Shown: positions 44,863 to 55,151, counted from the first letter of the stretch. The stretch is 64,000 bases of DNA from Gemmatimonadota bacterium (GCA_022571515.1 JACZXQ010000014.1:27913-91912), one strand, 5' to 3'. Numbers and translations: made by a program. The notes: generated from the sequence alone by a model not told the origin.

Positions 44863-46077
44863 TGGCTGACGTGCCCCCTCCTGCGGTACCACTTGCTATG
44901 TTAGACCTGCAGCCATTTGCTCCCCCCCCAAACCTGATCCATCCTCAGGGTGAAAAACCGAGTCGATTGGAGCCTGGTATGAAGTGGCCACCGCCGCCGA
45001 AGTGGGTGGGGACCTGGTCGGCCAAACTGCTGTGGGGCCTCACGTTGTTGTACTCGTCCTTCCAGCGATGGAGTGTCGCAGGGCGTCCCTCAGATCGATA
45101 AACCAATGCTGTGATAGGCACTCTCGTCTGAGGCCGCCGTTGAACGCCTCAATGAACGGATTATCCTTCGGTTTGCCCGGCCTGCTGAAGCCGAGTTTGA
45201 CACGGTTCCAGTAAGCCCAGTGGTCCAGCCCCCCCGAGGTGAACTCCGTTCCATTGTCCACGGAGATCACCTTCGGCAAGCTCCCGCGCTTCTCTCCTAC
45301 CGCACTCAGAATGCAGCCCACGTCCTCGCCCCGAAAGCCCACTCCGGCCATAAGCGCGACGCACTCACGGCTGAACACATCAAGAATGGTCAGTACCCGC
45401 ACCGTTCGGCCGTTCGACAACGTGTCGTGCACGATGCCAATCGCCCAGCGCTCGTTGACGGCCGTGGCCGGAGCACCACGCTCTCGTCTCACGGCACTCC
45501 GACGTCGCTTGGGCTTTTTGCGCTTCAGCGTCAGGCCTTCTTCCCGGTACATGCGCTCGATGAGCTTCCGGTTCACCGGCGAGCCCGCAGCGGCTCTCTG
45601 GCCGGCCGCACGCTCCGGTAACGCACGGTCGATCGGGAGACGCCCATGGCCCTACATGCCCGACGCTCAGGTAGCCGGTAGGCCTCCCGTGGCCACGCGA
45701 CCCCTGATTTCCACTGCGTCAAGCTCACCATTTTTTTCTGAGCGCCTCCTGAAGGATCGTCTTGTCTAGCGACAGATTCGCCACCAGCGTCTTCAGCCGA
45801 CGGTTTTCTCCTCCCGGATCACCTTCAGCTCCCGGAGCTCCGAGGCCCCCAGGCCGCCGTATTTCCTCTTCCACCGATAGTACGTCTGCTCGCTGATCTT
45901 GATCCCGAGCTTGTGGATGATCTCCGCCCCTTGCGTTCCGACCTCGCCCTGGCGCAGTGCCATCGCGATCTGTTCCACACTGAATCTCGACTTCCTCATC
46001 GGGCTCCTCTACCCGCCCCTGGCGGGTCGTTTGGGGCCCTCAACCTAGCTTGTCTTTACGGTAGTCGCCCTGGACCA
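44863..46077 (-). mobile_element. degenerate IS3-family insertion sequence (ends approximate)
   Basis: OrfA MRKSRFSVEQIAMALRQGEVGTQGAEIIHKLGIKISEQTYYRWKRKYGGLG (45793..45999), with a frameshift in an A-run near 45815. A7 slippery motif at 45731-45737. OrfB has a DDE core (45040..45576: WAIGIVHD...ISVDNGTEFTS...GKPKDNPFIEAFNG), lacks its N-terminal part, and carries a further frameshift before WKDEYNNVRPHSSL. TG...CA ends are only tentatively placed. Confidence 0.75.
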
Positions 46078-46089
46078 GGAAACGGGGGT

Positions 46090-46269
46090 TGGCACCGCTA
46101 CCGCTGCAAGGCGTGTCACATGGAGCTTTTCGAGCCGTGAGCCCGCACCAACTCCATAACGATGCAGGACATCTCGGCCGGCCGCGCGTGCGGCCGCTGC
46201 CACAACACACGAGTCGCGCTCGCAGCCGGATTCGGCGAGTGCGAGCGCTGCCACATCTCGGAAAACTGA
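46090..46269 (+). pseudogene. 3' remnant of a multiheme (c3/c7-like) cytochrome gene
   Basis: ...RYRCKACHMELFEP-TGA-ARTNSITMQDISAGRACGRCHNTRVALAAGFGECERCHISEN* has three CxxCH motifs in one frame, interrupted by an in-frame TGA at 46138-46140. The 5' part is absent, at the IS3 boundary. Confidence 0.5.
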
Positions 46270-46304
46270 ACCCGAGTGTCTGTGGCGAACCGGAGGGTAC
46301 ACCG

Positions 46305-47009
46305 ATGCTGTGCCACACCGACAGCAAGCAGGGACACTGGCTCCGAGCGACACTCGTGGCCACGCTGCTGCTGGTTGGGGGCCCTCCCTGTGGGTGTGCC
46401 CAGGCCCGCCTGCGGCGCAGCAGGGCCGGCTCGGAGTCGGGATTTGACTTCGCCGGCTCGGAGTCGGGATTTGACTTCGCCGGCTCGTGGAGCCAGACCG
46501 GAAACAACCCCACCTCCTCGGAGCGGGCCTACCGTCAGTGGCTGACGGCGCCGCTGCGCTGCGCCATCATCAACCCTCTCCTGTTCTCGTACAAGCTGTC
46601 GGTGAGTCGTCGCCTCGCGCGCGCGGGCGGAACCGAGTTGCCTGATACCCTTAAGCACAGGACGTTCGGATGGACGGCGGGTGCCCAGATTCTACAAGCC
46701 CTTCCCGTCTCGATGAGCCTGAGCACTAGCCGCACGCGGGGCACGACCGGAGGTGGGTTCACTTCTCAAGGGGGGTTCTCAGCCTCGAATTTCAGCAGCT
46801 CTCTGAAGTACACGAACCGATATCTTCCGGCTTCCCTCACCCACTCCACCAAGGGTGGCAACTCGGACAGGTCGCTGGAAGCGGATATGAGCGCTGACAT
46901 GTCCGTCGGCGCTGTAACGCTTTCGGTGCGCTGCTTCTACAACGTCCGCTTCGAGCCGTCCTCGGCCACGCGGAGCCGTGTCACCGTCCGTGTGGTGCGC
47001 CGGTTCTGA
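46305..47009 (+). CDS. hypothetical secreted/OM-like protein with 9-aa tandem repeat
   Basis: Hydrophobic N-terminus (ATLVATLLLVGGPPCGCAQA), GSESGFDFA repeated twice, an S/T/G-rich beta-like sequence, and a C-terminal F. Weak call. Confidence 0.35.
   Translation: MLCHTDSKQGHWLRATLVATLLLVGGPPCGCAQARLRRSRAGSESGFDFAGSESGFDFAGSWSQTGNNPTSSERAYRQWLTAPLRCAIINPLLFSYKLSVSRRLARAGGTELPDTLKHRTFGWTAGAQILQALPVSMSLSTSRTRGTTGGGFTSQGGFSASNFSSSLKYTNRYLPASLTHSTKGGNSDRSLEADMSADMSVGAVTLSVRCFYNVRFEPSSATRSRVTVRVVRRF
46426..46487 (+). repeat. perfect 27-nt tandem duplication plus 8-nt partial third unit
   Basis: ccggctcggagtcgggatttgacttcg occurs at 46426-46452 and again at 46453-46479, followed by ccggctcg. Confidence 0.9.
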
Positions 47010-47147
47010 GCCGGGACCGTCCCAGCTAGCAGACGCTTCTCTTGCCCTCGCCTGACCCCGTCAGGCATGTTCTGCCGCGAATCGCAGCGGCGCGATACAG
47101 TCCAGGCCGGTCCGGCCGAGTGTGTTCGAAGGGGGTAAGACGGCACG

Positions 47148-47801
47148 ATGTCCTTGAAGTCCTCGATCCGCTCTCTCATGAGCATGGGCAAGGGTATGGC
47201 CCAAGGATTACCATACGCAGCGGCCGATCGGGATCCGATCGACCTGTTCGCGGAGTGGTTCGACGCGGCCCGAGAGTCTGGAATCCTTCTGCCTGAAGCG
47301 GTAACGCTGGCTACGGCGACACCGGATGGCAGTCCTTCGGCCCGCATGGTGCTCCTCAAGGAATTCAGCGATCGCGGCTTCGACTTCTATACGAACTTCG
47401 GCAGCAGGAAAGCCAAGGAGTTGGACCGGAATCCCAAGGCCGCGCTGCTGGCGTATTGGCCGGTCCTCCAGAGACAAGTGCGCATCGAAGGCACGGTCGA
47501 GCGAGTGTCGCCCGAAGAAGCGGACGCCTACTTCCGGACCCGGGCTCGCGGGAGCCAACTCGGCGCCTGGGCGTCGAGGCAGAGCGAGGAATTGGAAGCA
47601 GGCGACGATCTTCGCGCGCGCTTCGAGCGCTACGACAGGCAGTTTCAGGGCTCTGACGTGCCTCTACCGCCGTTCTGGGGTGGCTACCGGGTGAAGGCGG
47701 AGCGCATCGAGTTCTGGCAGGGCCGGTTGAACCGGCTGCACGACCGGCTCGTTTTTTGCCGGACGGAGTCGGGTTGGGAGCCCACCAGACTCTACCCCTG
47801 A
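47148..47801 (+). CDS. pdxH: pyridoxamine 5'-phosphate oxidase
   Basis: LATATPDGSPSARMVLLKEF...FYTNFGSRKAKEL...RVEG...YFRTRARGSQLGAWAS.QS...FWGGYRV...IEFWQGR..RLHDR. Confidence 0.9.
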   Translation: MSLKSSIRSLMSMGKGMAQGLPYAAADRDPIDLFAEWFDAARESGILLPEAVTLATATPDGSPSARMVLLKEFSDRGFDFYTNFGSRKAKELDRNPKAALLAYWPVLQRQVRIEGTVERVSPEEADAYFRTRARGSQLGAWASRQSEELEAGDDLRARFERYDRQFQGSDVPLPPFWGGYRVKAERIEFWQGRLNRLHDRLVFCRTESGWEPTRLYP

Positions 47802-48721
47802 ACCACGTCCGCCGCCTTCGACCCTTCCGCCACCCAGAGATCCCAGTAGCTCTCGAGCCTTGAAGCGTAGTCCCCGGACTCCTCCGCGAAGAACTCCTGT
47901 CCGAGGGAGCATGCGGCGTTGCAGAACGACACACGTTGGTCGGCGAGAAATCGGAACGCACTATCCGGCCCATCGAATCCGACCGGGTCGTGTAGCCGGG
48001 CCGCGGCTTCCAGGTGGTCGAGATCGTGGGCGTCACCCAGTAGGTTGGTGAGCCGATGGAGGTCATCGGCGGCCGTCACCATCTCCGGGGCGATGGGCGA
48101 GAGAAACTGCACCTGGTGCCGGACGTCCTTGGTCCGCTTCCGCCACGTGTGAAACGCCTCGGCATTCGCGCTGCCGCACACCGCATCCTTGGCTTTCCGG
48201 CCGCGACCGTACCAGTCTCCTATCCCAGCGCGGATCAGGTCGAAGTCGGTAGCGGACGGCTTCCACGCTTCAATGACGCGGCGTGCCGCATCGGTCTCCC
48301 GGGCGGCCTTCGACAGCGCCGCACCACCTCCCGCGGCGAACACCGATTCGCGCTCGGCCACGAGGAGCCGCTCCAGTCCGGCGAGTGACGCCGGGTCATG
48401 GGACGCGGGCAGATCAGCAACGGCTGCCCTCACGACCGTGACAATCACGTCGGCGTGGCGTAGCGGCGCCAGCAACCGCCCTGCATCCCGCAGGTTGATG
48501 AGTGGTGCCGCCATATGCCGGTCGCCCCCCCCGGAAGCGATCAGGCGAACCAGAGCTCGGATTTTCTTGAGCGTGCGCCGGGCAAGGTGCACTGCCCGGC
48601 CCAAGGTCTCCGGCTCGCTGTCCAGAGCGAGGGCGACGACATCCAGCTGCTCCATGAGCACGCGGCGTATGGCGGCCTCGAGCGTCTCGGAGCGGCGCAG
48701 TCCAAGAGGGGGCGTGAGCAT
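47792..48721 (-). CDS. CHAD domain-containing protein
   Basis: VHLARRTLKKIRALVRL...FHTWRKRTKDVRHQVQFL helical repeats, typical of CHAD. Confidence 0.7.
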   Translation of the reverse strand: MLTPPLGLRRSETLEAAIRRVLMEQLDVVALALDSEPETLGRAVHLARRTLKKIRALVRLIASGGGDRHMAAPLINLRDAGRLLAPLRHADVIVTVVRAAVADLPASHDPASLAGLERLLVAERESVFAAGGGAALSKAARETDAARRVIEAWKPSATDFDLIRAGIGDWYGRGRKAKDAVCGSANAEAFHTWRKRTKDVRHQVQFLSPIAPEMVTAADDLHRLTNLLGDAHDLDHLEAAARLHDPVGFDGPDSAFRFLADQRVSFCNAACSLGQEFFAEESGDYASRLESYWDLWVAEGSKAADVVQG

Positions 48722-48882
48722 CAGCGTCCTGAGTCGATCCTCCGGAAGTGCCAGGATGGCGTAGCCGTAGGCGGCTGGTTCGCTACGTCACACGGTATAG
48801 TGTGTCACGGTAGATTGTAGCTTCATACAGTGCGCTTCCCAACGGTAGGCCCACCAATGGCCCGGATGGCCGCAACCCTAGA

Positions 48883-49561
48883 ATGGTGCGCGATACCGTG
48901 AAACTCACGCGCCACGCCACTCGCGCCTCGTTCAGCGAGGCGGCGGAGTCGTTCTTGCTCGAAGCCGAAGCGGAAAACGGGCTGATGCTCGGCCTTCTCG
49001 GAGCCCTGCCCGAGCAAGCGGGAGTCGAGGGGCCCATTCCCGGGCTGGCCACCGTGGCGGTCGCGGGGCAGACCGTCGCTTGCGCCGTCAGAACGCCGCC
49101 ACACCGTGTGGTTGTCACGCGCGGACCGGACGAGGCCCTCGAGGTACTCGCCCGCGAGTTCGCCGAGACCGACTCTGACCTATCCGGTGTCCTGGGCTAC
49201 CTGGATCGAAGACTTCCAGGTGGGGGCGCCCCCACCCCATTCCGATCCCCGGGCCGCGGCCGAACAGCGCGTCGAGGAGGGCTCGATCTTCGTGTGGGAC
49301 GACGGACACGCCGTCTCAGTCGTGGGACTGTCCGGCCCGACGCCCAACGGGATTCGTATCAGCTTGGTGTACACGCCCCCGGCCTCCCGAGGCAAAGGCT
49401 ACGCATCGGCGCTGGTGGGCAGGCTCAGCCACCACCTCCTGGACGGCGGCAAGGAATTCTGCTTCCTCTATACCGACCTGGCGAACCCGACCCCGAACAA
49501 GATCTACCGGGAGTTGGGTTTCCGCCTGGTGTGTGACGGCGTGCTCGTGGACTTCGACTAA
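48883..49561 (+). pseudogene. GNAT-family acetyltransferase, frameshifted near 49200
   Basis: The N-terminal part is in frame 48883 (FSEAAESFLLEAEAENGLMLGLLG...ALEVLAREFAETDSDLSGVLG). The acetyl-CoA-binding part is in frame 49106 (IFVWDDGHAVSVVG...VYTPPASRGKGYASALVGRLSHHLL...LYTDLANPTPNKIYRELGF). The span is not a multiple of 3. Confidence 0.55.
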
Positions 49562-49569
49562 GCCGAGGA

Positions 49570-52164
49570 TTACTGCAGGTACGGCGCCAGGTCGAGCACG
49601 GTCACGTCGTCCCTACCTCGCAGGCGGTCGAGGAACCAGTACTTGTGGCCACCACCGAACGTGATCAGAATCCGCCTCCCCCGGTGATCCTCTATCGCGC
49701 GGTCGATGAGGCGATAGTGCGCCTCGTTGATGTTCGTCCAACCTCCCGGACCGATCAGGTCGTTCTGGAACTCGTCGTAGAGGTCGAGTTCGGCGCGCTG
49801 GCGTTGGTCGTAGGCATCGGAGTGGATGAATCGTGGGTCGTCTCCGGCCGCCGGCGCGTCCCCGATACGCCTCCTCACCTCGGCTCGACGGCTGGCGTAC
49901 TCCTCGCGTCGGGTGGCCCATTCATCCGTGGTGTTGAATTCCAGGATGCGCGCTCCCCGCAGGTCTGACATCTCCTGGGTCCATCCGGCGCAGGGCACGA
50001 TCTCGAAGCCCATCTCCACGGCCAGGTCCAGAATCGCGTCGGTGTATTCCGGGAACACACGAACCCTCGAGTCCTCGATCACGCCCCGTTCGGTGAAGTC
50101 ACTCCAGATGCGCTCCCAACGATCAGGGGCGATCTCGGTACACAACACGTCCGGCTCGAATCGCCTGATCGCGTCCTTGACCTGCTCCAGGCCCCACGTG
50201 TCGCTCTCGCGGTGCCGTCCGTGGATCATTCCCATGACCGCCACTTCCGTGACCGTCGAGATTCCGGCGGACGAGGGCTGGGGCTGCCGTAACCAGCGAT
50301 CCGGAATCCGGATGATGGACAGCTCATGGTTGCCTTCGGACGATACGAACAGTGTCTCGCCCGAGGGGTGTGCCCCCATGACGATGGGCTGCTCCCCAAT
50401 CGGGATACGCGCAATCACCCGCTTCTCGGGGAGGGCGATCACCGAGATGTCGTGGCTCGCAGTGTTGTTCACGAAGGCCAGGCGCCCGTTGGTCGACAGT
50501 ACGACGGAAAAAGGCGAAGCCCCGATTCCCTCGCTGAGGGAGCCCACCACCCGACGCGAAGCCGTGTTGATGAACGCGATGCGATCCTCGCCGCGCACGG
50601 CGACCGCGTACTCGATGTCTCCCGGTAGGACCACACCACCGCTGGGGTTTGCCCCGACCTCGACGGTGTCTAGAACGCGGTCGTTCCAGAGATCGATGAC
50701 TGTGACCGTTCCGTCGTCGTACCCTGGCACGAAGGCAAGCCGCCCGTCCGACGTAGCGGCCGGCGGAAAGGGTCGGTCACCGACCGAGTAGACCCGCTCG
50801 GCGCTCTCGGCGCCGGGATCCATGATGAGCAGCGCGTCGGTCTGCTCCACCGAGATGAGCCAGCGTCCGTCCGGGAGCGGTCCGCTGATGAGTGAGGCTC
50901 CGACGCCGGTGCTGTACCCGTCGAGGTAGGCCCCATCACCGAGTGCATAACGCGCGACCTCGTTTTTCTGGAAGCGGGTGACGGCCATCTCCTGGCCGCC
51001 GGGTAGCAGCACGACGCCCAACGGCGTGCCTTCCACCGCGATCGCCCGCACGAGCCGGCTCGTAGCCACGTCCACGATCGCCACATGGTCGGAACCGGCG
51101 ACCGCCACATAGGCCGTCCCGCCATCCGCGGAGAAGGCGATCTGATGGGGATTCAGGCCGACGTCGAGTCGCGCCACCACGTCGAACCCGTTGGTCTCAC
51201 CAGGTCCGGCCGGCCGGTTCGACAGCTCGCGCGCCACAGCCTCGGCGTTACCATCGAAGGTCGCTCCGTATTGGGGGAACTGAGCGAAGTCATCGAAGTC
51301 CTCGAAGTCGACCCGGCTCACGACCTCTTCCGGCGTTACGCCTGACGCCAAGGCCCTTCCGACCCGCTCCACCTGAGCCGCCATATAATCTCGGAAACGC
51401 ACTAGGTCCGCTCGGGTGCTGGGCCCAAAGTGCCCGGCCACCACGTGGTCCGGGGCTAGATCGATGAAGCCGTTCAGAACGTCGACCCAGACGATGGCGC
51501 TGCCCTCGCCCATGGAAGGACTGGCTTGGTGCATGAACACGTCCCCCGTGACGAGGAAACGCTCATCGGCCGACCAAACCACCAGATCACCCGCCGTGTG
51601 GGCGGCACCAGGGTGGAAGATCTCGACCGTGTGGCCCCCAAGATCGACCACTCGGCGCTCGGCCACGGTCTGATCGGGCAACTCGATGAGGCAGGCGGCG
51701 AAGTCGGCGGCCTCGGCCGGATCCGGAGCTGCCCCGGCCAGACGCTTCGCCTGCAGCGCTCCCTGCTCGGCCAGACGCCGTCGCGTCATCGGGTGAGCGA
51801 GCACCTCGAAGGAGCGATCGCCCAAGCACACTACGCCAAGCGCATGGTCCGGATGCCAGTGCGTGATCACGACGTGCGTGACAGGCTTCCCAGCCGCCTC
51901 TTCCGCCGCGCGGAGGAAGTCGCGCGCGATAGACGGCGTCAGTCCGGGGTCCACCACCAGCGCGCCCTCTTCGCCGACGAACAGCGCTCCGTTGGAGGTC
52001 CGCTCATCTTCGGCGAACCACGTCCACGTGCGCGCCGAGACTTGAACCAGGCGGCCCGCCGGGCTGGACTGGCCGAGGAGCGCCGCCGGGTCGGCGAGGA
52101 GCGTTACGGTTGCGATGAGAAGCAGCGCGACGCCACTCGCCCAGGATCGAAGGATCGGTACCAT
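49570..52164 (-). CDS. secreted three-module protein: MBL-fold hydrolase + YVTN-type beta-propeller + C-terminal TraB/GumN/ChaN-like domain
   Basis: Signal peptide. THVVITHWHPDH (HxHxDH). Repeated ...P.G.A.S.DG...YV.N..S..VSVID-like blades (NPHQIAFSADGGTAYVAV..DHVAIVD; SPFSVVLSTNGRLAFVNNTASHDISVI). The final ~230 aa (VAVMGMIHG...FEPDVLCTEI...FGGGHKYW) are assigned with less certainty. Confidence 0.6.
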   Translation of the reverse strand: MVPILRSWASGVALLLIATVTLLADPAALLGQSSPAGRLVQVSARTWTWFAEDERTSNGALFVGEEGALVVDPGLTPSIARDFLRAAEEAAGKPVTHVVITHWHPDHALGVVCLGDRSFEVLAHPMTRRRLAEQGALQAKRLAGAAPDPAEAADFAACLIELPDQTVAERRVVDLGGHTVEIFHPGAAHTAGDLVVWSADERFLVTGDVFMHQASPSMGEGSAIVWVDVLNGFIDLAPDHVVAGHFGPSTRADLVRFRDYMAAQVERVGRALASGVTPEEVVSRVDFEDFDDFAQFPQYGATFDGNAEAVARELSNRPAGPGETNGFDVVARLDVGLNPHQIAFSADGGTAYVAVAGSDHVAIVDVATSRLVRAIAVEGTPLGVVLLPGGQEMAVTRFQKNEVARYALGDGAYLDGYSTGVGASLISGPLPDGRWLISVEQTDALLIMDPGAESAERVYSVGDRPFPPAATSDGRLAFVPGYDDGTVTVIDLWNDRVLDTVEVGANPSGGVVLPGDIEYAVAVRGEDRIAFINTASRRVVGSLSEGIGASPFSVVLSTNGRLAFVNNTASHDISVIALPEKRVIARIPIGEQPIVMGAHPSGETLFVSSEGNHELSIIRIPDRWLRQPQPSSAGISTVTEVAVMGMIHGRHRESDTWGLEQVKDAIRRFEPDVLCTEIAPDRWERIWSDFTERGVIEDSRVRVFPEYTDAILDLAVEMGFEIVPCAGWTQEMSDLRGARILEFNTTDEWATRREEYASRRAEVRRRIGDAPAAGDDPRFIHSDAYDQRQRAELDLYDEFQNDLIGPGGWTNINEAHYRLIDRAIEDHRGRRILITFGGGHKYWFLDRLRGRDDVTVLDLAPYLQ

Positions 52165-52190
52165 GTTCCGTGCCTCTTCGTGGTCGTGTG

Positions 52191-54816
52191 CTAGACGGTC
52201 TTCATGGACTGGACCGGATCGACGTTGGAGGCCCGACGCGCTGGCAGGTAGCTCGCTAGGAACACCACGGCCATGAGTAGTGCGGAGGTGCCACCGAACG
52301 TCAGCGGATCCAGAGCCTCGGTACCGTACAACAGGCCCTGCAGCACACGCGTTAGCCCTACTGAGGCCAGGAGACCCAGGCCGAGGCCGATGGCAGCGAG
52401 CCGCACTCCCTGCATGACGACCATCTTGCGTATCGAACCGACAGGTGCACCTAGAGCGATTCGGACACCGATCTCCTGCGTGCGTTGGCTGACCACGTAG
52501 GACAGGACGCCGTACAGCCCCACCGCACCGAGTATGAGCGCAATGCCTGCTGAGATCGCGAGAGTGAGCATCGTGAACGAGAGGCGGACCAAATCATTGG
52601 AGACGAGCTCCTCCATCGTGGTCATCGTCGTGAGTGGAAGATCGGAATCCAGCTCCCACACCTGCGCCCTTACCAACGGACCGAGACTCTCCACTCCGCG
52701 CCCCCGAATCGTGTACGATAGGGACGACGCGCCCCAGCCGTCGTTACCCTGCGGCCCTACGATGGGAAGGTAGATCATCTCCGAAGGGTCCTCGCGAAGT
52801 CCCCGGTCCCGCACGCTGCCCACCACGCCCGCGATAGTCAGCCAGCCGTTCAGCGTGTCACCGGTGAACCGAATCCGCTTGCCGATGACGTCGGCGTTGC
52901 CGTCTCCCCAAAAACGTTCGACCAGCGCCTGGCTCACGACGATGGCGTCGGAACCTTCTTCGTGGTCCCTGGACTCGAAGGTACGTCTGGCCATGAGCGG
53001 GATCTTCATCGTCTCGAAGAAGCCGGCCGCCGTGAAGGTGTTCCAGAGTATCGGGGGTAATGTCCCCGCCTCGCTGGGGAACTCCTCAACGTCGAACGCG
53101 GTGCCGGAGGCGCCGCCCTGGAGCGGAATGTCCCGGGCCGAGCCCACCGACTCGACGCCGGGCAGGGCAGCGAGACGCTCCATCAAACGGGCATGAAAAC
53201 CAGCCTGGGCGAACGGCGTGTCGTACTTCCCTCCCGGCAGGATCAGCCGGAACGTGAGAACGTCTTCGGCCACGAAGCCCGGGTCGATCGACCGGATCTC
53301 CCAGAAGCTCCTGACCAGGAGCCCGGACCCCACGAGGAGCACCAGCGCCATGCCGGTCTGTGCAATCACCAGCAGGTTCCGCAAAGCGTGCCGGTCGGCT
53401 CCAGCCGTGCCTCGGCCTCCCTGCTTCAGCGTCGCAAGCAGGCGAGGCGACGTGTACCGGAAGACCGGCATCAGTCCGAACAGGAGGACCGCCAACCCGG
53501 TGATGCCGGTCGTAAAGCCGAGCACACCGGCATCCATACCGACCCCGTCCATTCGGGGCAGGTTGTCGGGCGCCAAACTCAGGAGCACGGGGACTCCAAC
53601 CCATGCCAGCGTGAGCCCAGCCAGGCCACCGAGCACCGCGAGCACCGCTCCCTCGGCAAGAAAGTGCCTGACCAGAGCGGACCGGCTCGCCCCCAGAGCC
53701 GAGCGGACGGCGATCTCCCGTTGGCGGGCCTCCGCCCGTACCAGGAAGAGGTTGGCCACGTTCGCGCATGCAATCATATAGTACGAACCCGACAGTGCCG
53801 AGCAGAATCCAGAGCGGACGCCGGAGATCGCCCACGACCTGCTCTTTGTAAAAGAGAAGCCGTGGAGCGTACTTCCCCTCGTCGAGGAACTGGACGAAGC
53901 TGGTCCCGCCCTTGCTCGCCTGTGCAGCGGAGTCGTCTCGTAACCTCTGCACGACCTGGGCCATTCGGGCCCGTACCTGGTCCAGTTCCGCTCCCTTCTT
54001 CAGGCGTCCAATGGACTGGAACAAGAACGAGCCGGGAGACGCGGTGGCGGGATCGATCGCCAGGGGCATCCAAAGCTGCGTGTCCTCGAAGGGGAACCCG
54101 AAGCTCTCGGGGCATGACGCCTACGATGTCGCGCGTCACTCCATCGACCTGGAGAGTGCGCCCAAGCACGTCACGAGACCCCGAGTACCGGGCCTGCCAA
54201 ACGGCATGGCTGATGACGACGACCTGAGGTCCTTCGGGCAGGTCCTCCTCCTCCGTGAAGTTGCGTCCCAAAAGCGGCGAAACACCGAGCGTGGGGAAGA
54301 GCGTCCGACTCGTGAAGCTGGCATCGATACGCTCTGGATTCCCGTCGCCGGTGACGTTCACCGCCGTCCTGTTCAAGAGCGCTAGTTCCTCGAAGATCTG
54401 GGCGTCGCTGTACTGGAAGTAAATACCCGGCGACAACGGGAAGTTGTCGTAGCCGAGTCCCGGCGCATCGCTTCTGACCGCCACTAGCTGATCTGGATCC
54501 TCGAACGGCATCGGCCTCAGGAGAACCCCGTTGACCACACTGAAAATCGCTGTGTTGGCGCCTATGCCGAGCGCCAGCGTCAGAGCTGCCACCGCCGTAA
54601 ATGCGGGAGTCCGGACCAATGCCCGGATCGCGTACCGAATGTCCCGTATCACCTGACTCAACATGCCATCCCCTCTTCCCCTCGCCCGGCGTCCACCCTC
54701 CGCTGGAACTCCTCCCGGAGGTCACCCAAAATGCTGCGGCCCGCGATGCTGCCTGGGAGCACGCTTCCGAGTAGCCACTCAGCGAGCCTCGGAGGCCCGG
54801 TCGGCCCTTTCGTCAT
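52191..54816 (-). pseudogene. PadR-associated duplicated FtsX/MacB-type permease (ADOP-like), three frame disruptions
   Basis: The prefix PPRLAEWLLGSVLP...ILGDLREEF (54658..54816) runs out of frame into MLSQVIRDIRYAIRALVRTPAFT... There is a frameshift in a C4 run near 54110 (VGVMP|ESFGFPFEDTQLWMPLAIDP) and another near 53777 (GTVGFVL|MIACANVANLFLVRAEAR). A second FtsX module follows to 52191. Confidence 0.75.
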
Positions 54817-55151
54817 CCGGCGCGCTCGCCAAAAACCTGGTCGAGGCCGGCCCACAGGTTGGTCAGGGCCTGTCGCGAAGTCCTGAGCGCCTCGACTCCG
54901 GCCTTCGTAACCTCGAAGCATCGCCTCGGATGTCCGCCACGGTCGGACGTCGCCGCCTCGACCTGCCAGCGCAGGAAGCCCTTGCCTTCGAGTCGATCGA
55001 GCGATGAGTAGAGCGCCCCTCGTGAAACGCGGCGGCCCGCCTTTCCCTCCAACTCGCGGCTGATGCTGGGCCCGTGCGCCGTATCATCGAGTTGCAACAC
55101 CGCCAAGAGCACCATCTGCTCGAACTCGCCCAGAAATCCCTGTCGGCCCAT
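54813..55151 (-). CDS. PadR-family transcriptional regulator
   Basis: GEFEQMVLLAVLQLDDTAHGPSISRELEGKAGRRVSRGALYSSLDRLEGKGFL. The stop overlaps the ATG of the permease prefix (ATGA). Confidence 0.85.
   Translation of the reverse strand: MGRQGFLGEFEQMVLLAVLQLDDTAHGPSISRELEGKAGRRVSRGALYSSLDRLEGKGFLRWQVEAATSDRGGHPRRCFEVTKAGVEALRTSRQALTNLWAGLDQVFGERAG

Noticed and set aside
44770-44890. A minus-strand frame reading ...GGGTSAKVSRRTLHRWLADIKNVKEDDDGSAHDEN*, which resembles the C-terminal HTH of a resolvase or transposase OrfA.
   Set aside because: Only about 15 residues are suggestive. It spans the presumed IS3 end and overlaps the cupredoxin start in another frame. It is too short to call.
46138-46140. 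The in-frame TGA in the cytochrome remnant as a second selenocysteine codon.
   Set aside because: The gene lacks its 5' half at an IS boundary. The position is not a known Sec site in c-type cytochromes, and I see no SECIS-like stem downstream. A nonsense mutation in a pseudogene is the simpler reading.
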